Shown here piece after piece: positions 56,839 through 64,000 of a stretch of DNA of 64,000 nt. Made by a program: the position numbers and the translations under genes. This DNA comes from an uncultured Pelagibacteraceae bacterium (GTDB lineage Bacteria; Pseudomonadota; Alphaproteobacteria; Pelagibacterales; Pelagibacteraceae): contig CACNTN010000003.1 in assembly GCA_902623395.1 (NCBI GenBank), forward strand, positions 63,683 to 127,682. The letters are read 5' to 3'. Each line of letters starts with the position of its first letter. Position 1 is the stretch's first letter. The notes beneath the pieces are model-generated. The model was not told the origin of the DNA. It did no database searches and saw only the letters and a list, made by a program, of their open reading frames with translations.

Positions 56839-58884
56839 ATGAAAAAAGATTTTTTATTTACTGATATAGACAATCTTAAAGGTGTCGGTCCTCAATTATC
56901 CAAGTATTTAAAAAAAAAAAGAATAGAAAAAATAAAGGATGTTGTATTAAATTTACCTTATTCAGAAACAGACAGATCAAAAATTAATAATATAAATGAG
57001 CTTGAGGTTGGAAAAATTCAAACAATAAAAGTCTTAGTTAAAAAGTTAAATTTTCCTAGAGTCAGAAATCTGCCAAATAAGATTTTTTGTGAGGACCTGA
57101 CTGGAAAAATTGAAATAGTTTACTTTAATAGTCGAGAAGGATATTTAAGAAAATTATTTCAAATAAATAATTGGGTTATTATAAGTGGTAAGATCAATTA
57201 TTTTAATAAAAAATATCAAATTACAAATCCTGACTATGTAACAACGGTAGAAAACCAGGACTATGTGGTTAAAAATATACCTAAATATAATTTGACTAAA
57301 GGTATTAATGAAAAAAAATATAGGTCCATAAGTGAACAAGTCATTAATAATTTGCCACATGTTGAAGAATGGCTCGATACAAATTTTATAAAAATAAATA
57401 ATTTAATAAATTGGAATGAAGCTATAAAAGATCTTCATTCTTCGACGAAAGCAAGAAATAAAAAGTCTCAAAGTTATAGAAGAATTGTTTTTGACGAACT
57501 GTGTGCAAATTTTTTAAGTTTGTCTGAAAATAGAAGAAGAATTAAAAAAAGCAAATCTCCTAAAAATTTCGCAACAAATAATTTAAAAAAAATATTAAAA
57601 AGTTTACCTTTTGATCTTACAAAGAGCCAAAAAAAGGTACTAGAAGAAATTAACTTTGATTTACTTAATAATAAAAGAATGTTTAGAATTGTTCAAGGTG
57701 ATGTGGGATCTGGAAAGACTATCGTATCTTTGCTTTCAGTATTTAATGTGGTTAGCAATGGTTATCAATGCGCTCTGATGAGTCCAACAGAAATTTTAGC
57801 TAGACAGCATTATGAACTATCTAAATACATTTTTAGAAATAATAAATTGAAAATTGAATTTTTAACGGGAAAGACGGAATTTAAGAAAAAAAAAGAAATT
57901 TTACAAAATTTGGAAAGTGGTAACATAGACTTATTAATTGGAACTCATGCTTTATTTCAAAAGAAAATTTTTTTTAAAAACCTTGGATTAGCAATAATAG
58001 ATGAACAACATAAATTTGGAGTCAGACAAAGAAGTGATCTTGCAAAAAAAGGAGGTGAAAACTGCGATGTATTATTAATGTCAGCTACACCTATCCCAAG
58101 AACGCTTATGATGTCGCTTTACGGAGATATGGATATTTCTAAAATTACAGAAAAGCCTGCTAAAAGAAAGAAGATAATTACGTTAAGTAAACCTGAAAAA
58201 AAAATTGATGAGCTATGGCCCTACATAAAAAAACAAATTGACGTTGATAACCAAGTTTTTTGGGTATGTCCGCTAATAGAAGAGTCTTCTGTATTAGATT
58301 ATTCATCAGCTAAAAAAAAATTTGATTTAATTAACAAAAGATTTCCTAATCAAGTAGGACTTATTCATGGAGGTTTGGATAAGATTGAAAAAGAAAAAAT
58401 TTTAAAAAAATTTTTATTAAAAAAGATTTTAATTCTTGTTTCTACAACTGTGATTGAAGTAGGAATTGATTTTCCAAATGCAAATTTGATCATTATAGAA
58501 AATGCAGATAAATTTGGTCTTGCTCAATTACACCAGTTGAGAGGAAGAGTTGGAAGGGGTGAAAAACAAGCTACTTGTATTTTATTATTCAAAGATAGCT
58601 TAAGTAAAAATGCTGTTAAAAGAATTAAAACTTTGAAAAGCTCAGATGATGGTTTTTTAATTGCTGAAGAAGATCTTAAACTAAGAGGATTTGGAGATTT
58701 AATCGGATATCAACAAAGTGGTATAAAAAATTTTAAATTTGCTGACCCTGTAAATCATGAAGATTTATTTATACTTGCTGAAAAATTTGTAAAAAATATT
58801 CAAGAGAATGTTAATCAAGAAAAATATCTATTTCTATTAAAACTGTTTGATAAAGCAGACATAATTAATACCGGTGAAATCTAG
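56839..58884 (+). CDS. recG: ATP-dependent DNA helicase RecG
   Basis: Wedge/OB N-terminus. 'QGDVGSGKT' (Walker A), 'IIDEQHKFG' (DEQH), 'MSATPIPRT' and 'LHQLRGRVGRG'. Confidence 0.9.
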   Translation: MKKDFLFTDIDNLKGVGPQLSKYLKKKRIEKIKDVVLNLPYSETDRSKINNINELEVGKIQTIKVLVKKLNFPRVRNLPNKIFCEDLTGKIEIVYFNSREGYLRKLFQINNWVIISGKINYFNKKYQITNPDYVTTVENQDYVVKNIPKYNLTKGINEKKYRSISEQVINNLPHVEEWLDTNFIKINNLINWNEAIKDLHSSTKARNKKSQSYRRIVFDELCANFLSLSENRRRIKKSKSPKNFATNNLKKILKSLPFDLTKSQKKVLEEINFDLLNNKRMFRIVQGDVGSGKTIVSLLSVFNVVSNGYQCALMSPTEILARQHYELSKYIFRNNKLKIEFLTGKTEFKKKKEILQNLESGNIDLLIGTHALFQKKIFFKNLGLAIIDEQHKFGVRQRSDLAKKGGENCDVLLMSATPIPRTLMMSLYGDMDISKITEKPAKRKKIITLSKPEKKIDELWPYIKKQIDVDNQVFWVCPLIEESSVLDYSSAKKKFDLINKRFPNQVGLIHGGLDKIEKEKILKKFLLKKILILVSTTVIEVGIDFPNANLIIIENADKFGLAQLHQLRGRVGRGEKQATCILLFKDSLSKNAVKRIKTLKSSDDGFLIAEEDLKLRGFGDLIGYQQSGIKNFKFADPVNHEDLFILAEKFVKNIQENVNQEKYLFLLKLFDKADIINTGEI

Positions 58885-59522
58885 TCTATATTTGTAGTTC
58901 CTGCTGAAACTATAAATTTCGATGCTTGTTCAAAGGACACATCAAGATAAATTAAATCTTTTTTTGGTACCATTAATAAGAATCCACTTGTAGGATTTGG
59001 AGTTGTAGGCACAAAAACATTAATAATTTCCTCTTTTATTTTATCTTTAATTATTCCTTCATTTTCTTTTGTGGCAAAACCAACAGCCCACACTCCTTTT
59101 CTTGGATACTCTAAAAGAACAACACTTTTTTGTTTATTGTCAGTTTTAGTAAAACTTTCAGTCATTTGGCCTATAGCTGAATAAATAGTTCTTAGTATAG
59201 GTATTTTTTTTAAAATATTATTAAATATTTCAAAAAATTTTTTCCCAAGGAAAGAAAGAGATAACCAGCCAATTAATGTTATAATTATTAGTGCTATTAT
59301 TATTTCAACTCCAGGTATATCGAAAGGTAAATAATTATTAGGATTAATCTCTTTAGGAATTATCTTTCCTGAGATCCTTATTAAAAAAAGTGTAAGATAC
59401 AAAGTAATTCCAATTGGAATTAAAACAACAACACCAGCTATAAAATTATTCCTTAATTTAGCAAAGATTGATTTTTTTATATTAAAATTAGACATTAATT
59501 TAAGAATAGCTTGAATATACAA
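58881..59522 (-). CDS. DUF502-family membrane protein
   Basis: Two N-terminal TM helices and 'VFVPTTPNPTSGFLLMVPK', characteristic of DUF502. Confidence 0.7.
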   Translation of the reverse strand: MYIQAILKLMSNFNIKKSIFAKLRNNFIAGVVVLIPIGITLYLTLFLIRISGKIIPKEINPNNYLPFDIPGVEIIIALIIITLIGWLSLSFLGKKFFEIFNNILKKIPILRTIYSAIGQMTESFTKTDNKQKSVVLLEYPRKGVWAVGFATKENEGIIKDKIKEEIINVFVPTTPNPTSGFLLMVPKKDLIYLDVSFEQASKFIVSAGTTNID

Positions 59523-59586
59523 TAAATATTATAATTAAGATAAAAATTGCAATTAATAATTTATTATTTAAAATCATGAATCTAAT

Positions 59587-60420
59587 ATGTATAACATAAA
59601 TAGAAGAAAATTTCTTGGCTATTTTGGATGTGCCTGTTGCTCCTTTGTTTTACCGTCATGTTCAACTGTACCCATTACCGATAGAAAACAACTTAGTATT
59701 ATTCCTGAGTCTCGAATAAATAGACAAGCGGCTACAGCTTACGAAAATTTTAGAAGTAAATCAAAATTGATTACCAGTGGGCCACAGTTGAAAGAAATAA
59801 GAGATATTGGAAAAAAAATGGAAAATTCAGTTAGTGCTTTTTTTGAGAATGAAGATAAAAAGGATCCTACAAAAAATTTTGGTTGGGACTATGTTTTAGT
59901 TGACAACGACAAAATTGTTAATGCTTGGTGTATGCCAGGAGGTAAAATTGCCGTCTATACTGGGTTGTTAAAAGTTACAAAAAATACTGACGCCCTCTCT
60001 ATTGTAATGGGACATGAAATAGCCCATGCAGTCGCTAGACATTCTCTAGAAAGAATGAGTCATGCCATGACAATTAATTTGGGTACAACAGTTGCTGATA
60101 TATTTTTAGGCGGGGCAATTAATAGAACTAGAAATACGGTTGGTCAAAACACTGGTTTAGATATTTTCCAACTAGGCATTATGAATCCTTTTGGAAGAAA
60201 ACAAGAAACTGAAGCTGATTATCTAGGATTAATTTTTTCATCACTCTCAGGTTTTGACATAAGAGAGTCAGTAAAATTATGGCAGAGGATGTCAGAAAAA
60301 AATAAAGGTAAAGAACCGCCTGTTTTTTTAAGCACACATCCTAGTAGTAAAAAAAGAATCGAAAATCTAAATAATTGGATTACTGAGGTAATTGTTAAAT
60401 ACCCACCAATTAAAACTTAA
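59587..60420 (+). CDS. M48-family zinc metallopeptidase lipoprotein
   Basis: Lipobox-like 'VLPSC', 'GHEIAHAVARH' (HExxH), downstream 'ETEADYLG' and 'THPSSKKR'. Confidence 0.8.
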   Translation: MYNINRRKFLGYFGCACCSFVLPSCSTVPITDRKQLSIIPESRINRQAATAYENFRSKSKLITSGPQLKEIRDIGKKMENSVSAFFENEDKKDPTKNFGWDYVLVDNDKIVNAWCMPGGKIAVYTGLLKVTKNTDALSIVMGHEIAHAVARHSLERMSHAMTINLGTTVADIFLGGAINRTRNTVGQNTGLDIFQLGIMNPFGRKQETEADYLGLIFSSLSGFDIRESVKLWQRMSEKNKGKEPPVFLSTHPSSKKRIENLNNWITEVIVKYPPIKT

Positions 60421-60424
60421 TTAT

Positions 60425-60500
60425 TGGTGAGCCCTGATGGACTCGAACCATCGACACCCTCCTTAAAAGGGAGGTGCTCTACCAACTGAGCTAAGGGCCC
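60425..60500 (-). tRNA. tRNA-Lys (anticodon UUU)
   Basis: The reverse complement is GGGCCCTTAGCTCAGTTGGTAGAGCACCTCCCTTTTAAGGAGGGTGTCGATGGTTCGAGTCCATCAGGGCTCACCA. Anticodon loop CTTTTAA. Encoded CCA. Confidence 0.9.
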
Positions 60501-60545
60501 TCAAAGAATGTTCTTTTATATTCTTATCATTAAAATTTCAAATAC

Positions 60546-61661
60546 TTAATGGTACAAATTTATATATTTTTTATAAAAAGAGTGAAAAGTGCCATTCTTA
60601 ATATTTTTCTGAATTTCCCGCATAAATTGTTGATAAAAATATATATTATGTAGAGAAATAAGCATTGATGCCATCATTTCATTAGATTTTATTAAATGAT
60701 TTAAATAACTTTTAGAGTACTTATTAAGATCTTTTATTTCACAATTTTCATCCAGCGGCATTTTATCATTCTTAAATTTGGAGTTTTTTAAATTCAATTT
60801 TCCTTCCCATGTAAAAGCTAAACCAGTTCTCCCAGATCGTGTTGGCATTACACAATCGAACATATCTATTCCTTCTTTTACCGCACCGAGAATATCAGAG
60901 GGAGTTCCAACTCCCATTAGATATCTTGGTTTTTCTTTTGGTAAAAAACTTGTAGACTCATTTAAAATTTGAAACATATCAGACTGTTTTTCGCCAACTG
61001 CTAATCCGCCCATTGCGTAACCGGCAAAGTTTATTTCAACTAATTTTTGTATACTCTCAACTCTTAGGTCCTTAAATAAACCACCTTGCGCAATACCAAA
61101 TAAAGCTTTAGATTTATCATTTCCAAATTCTATTTTACTTCTCTTAGCCCAATTCGTTGAAACATTAATAGCTTTAGATAAGATTTTTTTATCTTTTGTT
61201 AACTTAGGACATTCATCTAAAACCATAATAATATCTGAATTAATAGATTTTTGAACTTGTATACTTTTTTCAGGACTTAAAATGATTTTTTTTCCATCTA
61301 GATGTGAGCTGAAAATGGCACCTATTTTTGGATCAATTTTGTTAAATTTAGATAAAGACATAATTTGATAACCACCAGAGTCTGTTAGTATTGGTTTATT
61401 CCAATTCATAAAACTATGAAGGCCATTAAATTTTTCTAAAATTTTAACACCTGGTCTAAGTAGCAAATGATATGTGTTTCCTAAAATAATTTGAGTTTGA
61501 GTTTTTAATATATCATCAGTAAATATTCCTTTTACCGTGCCTTGTGTTCCAACTGGCATAAATGCTGGGGTATCTATGGTTCCTCTTGGTGTATGAATCT
61601 TTCCTAGCCTAGCTTTGTCATCTTGAGCAATCAACTCAAAAGAAAATTCTTTTCTCGGCAT
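60546..61661 (-). CDS. tgt: tRNA-guanine transglycosylase (queuine tRNA-ribosyltransferase)
   Basis: 'TPAFMPVGT', 'LTDSGGYQ', 'GLAVGE' and 'DCVMPTR'. 371 aa. Confidence 0.95.
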   Translation of the reverse strand: MPRKEFSFELIAQDDKARLGKIHTPRGTIDTPAFMPVGTQGTVKGIFTDDILKTQTQIILGNTYHLLLRPGVKILEKFNGLHSFMNWNKPILTDSGGYQIMSLSKFNKIDPKIGAIFSSHLDGKKIILSPEKSIQVQKSINSDIIMVLDECPKLTKDKKILSKAINVSTNWAKRSKIEFGNDKSKALFGIAQGGLFKDLRVESIQKLVEINFAGYAMGGLAVGEKQSDMFQILNESTSFLPKEKPRYLMGVGTPSDILGAVKEGIDMFDCVMPTRSGRTGLAFTWEGKLNLKNSKFKNDKMPLDENCEIKDLNKYSKSYLNHLIKSNEMMASMLISLHNIYFYQQFMREIQKNIKNGTFHSFYKKYINLYH

Positions 61662-61667
61662 TTACTG

Positions 61668-62225
61668 CTATTTTGATTTAATTGAGATAATTTTATCTGG
61701 ATTTGCGACTGCACCACTATTTGGGTCTCCTTTTTTAATCATGTCCACAAATTCCATTCCTTTGATAACTTTTCCAAAAACTGAATACTGTCTATCTAAA
61801 TGAGGCGCGGAGTCAAAACAAATAAAAAACTGGCTGTTTGCACTATCTGGATCAGCAGATCTTGCTGCAGAAAGTATTCCTCGTGTATGAGCTATATCAG
61901 TAAATTCTGCTTTAAGATTTGGTAATTCAGATCCACCTGTGCCAGCAAGTGATAAATTAAAATCTAAATTACTGGAGTTACCAAATTTTACATCTCCTGT
62001 TTGAGCCATAAATCCGTCTATAACTCTGTGAAATACCACTCCATCATATTTTCCTGAACTTGCAAGTTCTTTAAATCTTTTCACATGATTTGGGGCTTTC
62101 TCTGGATAGAGTTCAATTTCAACATCACCATAAGTAAGTTTTAAAATCATAAGATTATCTTGAGCTAATATATTACTAGTTAGTAAACTAAAAATCAGGA
62201 TAAATAAATAGATTTTTTTTTTCAT
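61668..62225 (-). CDS. peptidyl-prolyl cis-trans isomerase (cyclophilin type, exported)
   Basis: Signal peptide. 'FHRVIDGFMAQTGD', 'NSQFFICF' and 'VFGKVIKGMEFVD'. Confidence 0.9.
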   Translation of the reverse strand: MKKKIYLFILIFSLLTSNILAQDNLMILKLTYGDVEIELYPEKAPNHVKRFKELASSGKYDGVVFHRVIDGFMAQTGDVKFGNSSNLDFNLSLAGTGGSELPNLKAEFTDIAHTRGILSAARSADPDSANSQFFICFDSAPHLDRQYSVFGKVIKGMEFVDMIKKGDPNSGAVANPDKIISIKSK

Positions 62226-62713
62226 TAAAATTTATTTTTTAACATTTTAACAGTTGATCGTGTAACAAACCTATCGATATTACCACCTAAACTAGCGATT
62301 TCTTTAACAAATTTTGATGAAATAATTTGATTTTCAACATCCGACATTAGAAACATTGTTTCTATTTTTGAATTAAGCTTTTTGTTCATACCGGCCAATT
62401 GAAACTCATATTCAAAATCTGAAACTGCTCTTAAGCCTCTTATGATTGTGCTTGCCCTGTATTTTTTACATAAATCAATAGTAAGATCATCAAAAGAGAC
62501 TACTTTAATCTTATTTTTACTAAATTTAAGATCTTTAAATAATGAATTATTAATAATATTTAATCTTTCATTAATAGAGAAATGGTAATTTTTATTAATA
62601 TTGTCTGTTGTAGCAACTATTATTTTGTCAAATACATTTAAGGATTTTTTTATTACATCAATATGTCCATACGTAATTGGGTCAAAAGTACCAGGATAAA
62701 TAGCTATGTTCAT
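62225..62713 (-). CDS. coaD: phosphopantetheine adenylyltransferase
   Basis: 'IAIYPGTFDPITYGHIDVI' (T/HxGH) and 'IRGLRAVSDFEYE'. The internal ATG at 62713 gives the canonical N-terminus and removes the overlap with gyrA. Confidence 0.9.
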   Translation of the reverse strand: MNIAIYPGTFDPITYGHIDVIKKSLNVFDKIIVATTDNINKNYHFSINERLNIINNSLFKDLKFSKNKIKVVSFDDLTIDLCKKYRASTIIRGLRAVSDFEYEFQLAGMNKKLNSKIETMFLMSDVENQIISSKFVKEIASLGGNIDRFVTRSTVKMLKNKF

Positions 62714-62714
62714 C

Positions 62715-64000
62715 TTATTGTATGTTATCTTCAATTTTAATCACAGATACAACTTTTTCGCTACCAGATAATTTCTTAATTCTAACGCCTTGAGTGTTAC
62801 GACCGGCAACTCTAATTTCCTTTACCGCGCAACGCATAATGCTACCTTTATCAGTTGATAAAATTATTTCATCGTTTTCACTGACAACTAATGAAGAAGA
62901 TATATTTCCGTTTCTAGGTGAATTTATGATACCTATAATACCTTTACCACCTCTATTAGTTACCCTGTAATCTAAATAAGACGATCTTTTTCCATATCCA
63001 TTCTCTGATACGGATAAAATAAATTTATCTACTCCATCTTTAATCTTTTTATCCTTGTTAATCATTTTTGGGTCTATCTTACTATTATCCAAAATTGATA
63101 TTGAAATTACTTTATCTTTGTCGCTTAATTGAATACCCTTTATTCCTTTAGAAGCTCTACCTTTGAATAATCTTAATTTTTTCGATTTAAATCTAATACA
63201 TTTGCCTAACTGAGAGCTTAATAAAATGTCTTGATCGTCTCTACAAATTTTTACACCTATAATTCTATCGTCTTGATCCAGCTTCATTGCTATTTTTCCA
63301 CTATTATTTATATTTACAAAATCTTCTAAGGTATTTTTTCTTATATTTCCTTTAGCAGTTGCAAAAACTACCATTAAATGTTTCCACTCAGCTTCATCCT
63401 CTGGTAGTGGCATTATTGAGCTTATTGAATGATGACTTTTAAGTGGAAGGATATTAAATATTGATTTACCTTTGGAAGCTGCTGTGCCCTCGGGTATTTT
63501 ATGGGCTTTAATTTTGTAAACTAAACCTTGCGTAGAAAAAAATAAAACTGGGGTATGTGTGTTTGCTGTAAATATTTGAACAACAAAATCTTCCTCTCTT
63601 GTTGATATGCCTGTTTTTCCTTTTCCACCTCTTTTTTGTGTTTTCAAGGAGCTAAGTGGACTACGTTTTATATATCCCTGATTTGTAATGCTTATAACTA
63701 CTGACTCTTTTTGAATTGTTTCCTCTATATTATAATTAAGTACAGCATCTATTATTTTAGTTTTTCTTGGTGAGGAAAATTTATCTTTAATACTTTCTAA
63801 TTCATCAGTGATCAGTTTGTACAGTGCTTTTTTTGAATTAATGATTTTATTAAAATCAATAATTAATTGAGCGAGTTTATTTATTTCATTTTCAATTTCA
63901 CCTATGCCATAGGCCGTAAGTTTTTGTAGTCTTAATTCTAAAATTGCATTTACTTGTTCACTTGAAAGTGAATAATTAGTTATATTTTTCTTTTTTTCAA
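62715..64000 (-). CDS. gyrA: DNA gyrase subunit A, C-terminal part (5' end outside the window)
   Basis: The minus-strand frame is open up to nt 64000; my own translation is '...LSSEQVNAILELRLQKLT...ITNQGYIKRSPLSSLKTQKRGGKG'. GyrA-box 'QKRGGKG' and beta-pinwheel repeats are present. The listed TTG at 63647 is internal. Confidence 0.9.
   Translation of the reverse strand, partial: EKKKNITNYSLSSEQVNAILELRLQKLTAYGIGEIENEINKLAQLIIDFNKIINSKKALYKLITDELESIKDKFSSPRKTKIIDAVLNYNIEETIQKESVVISITNQGYIKRSPLSSLKTQKRGGKGKTGISTREEDFVVQIFTANTHTPVLFFSTQGLVYKIKAHKIPEGTAASKGKSIFNILPLKSHHSISSIMPLPEDEAEWKHLMVVFATAKGNIRKNTLEDFVNINNSGKIAMKLDQDDRIIGVKICRDDQDILLSSQLGKCIRFKSKKLRLFKGRASKGIKGIQLSDKDKVISISILDNSKIDPKMINKDKKIKDGVDKFILSVSENGYGKRSSYLDYRVTNRGGKGIIGIINSPRNGNISSSLVVSENDEIILSTDKGSIMRCAVKEIRVAGRNTQGVRIKKLSGSEKVVSVIKIEDNIQ

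Overview
This is an AT-rich, very gene-dense bacterial chromosome segment. Most intergenic gaps are under 100 bp and many neighbouring genes overlap by 1-4 nt. Gene content and synteny are alphaproteobacterial: nrdR-ribD-ribE-ribBX-ribH-nusB, pdxJ-acpS-lepB-rnc-recO, rplM-rpsI, and mltB-rlpA-dacC-tmk-holB-metG-tatD-MBL. The streamlined style is consistent with a SAR11/Pelagibacterales-type genome; that is an inference from composition and layout, not a database hit. I can support about 78 protein genes and 4 tRNAs (Glu-UUC, Pro-UGG, Ser-UGA, Lys-UUU). The protein genes include rpmF, which is missing from the ORF track. I found one clear intrinsic terminator and no rRNA, CRISPR array, IS element or prophage. 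Most of the window is housekeeping. Two stretches look accessory. (i) 26.7-37.9 kb is an inositol/sugar catabolic locus: iolE, idhA/iolG, iolD and a second Gfo/Idh/MocA enzyme, a CUT2-type ABC transporter, a cysteine-less ROK kinase, an aldehyde dehydrogenase and an HpcH-family aldolase. The canonical iolB/iolC/iolJ/iolA genes and any regulator are absent from the window. (ii) 37.9-44.4 kb is a small cell-surface glycan-modification islet: a GIY-YIG protein, a 710-aa two-domain glycosyltransferase, a GT9-like protein and two methyltransferases. It ends in a Cre-like tyrosine recombinase with a lox-like 13-7-13 palindrome directly upstream of its start codon. A minimal MGMT gene follows, then a 412-bp non-coding stretch with internal repeats and a long-range stem, which is anomalous in this genome context. 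I consider the recombinase/palindrome/non-coding block and the non-canonical lower half of the inositol locus the best candidates for something undescribed. Both remain hypotheses that need genome-wide and population-level checks.
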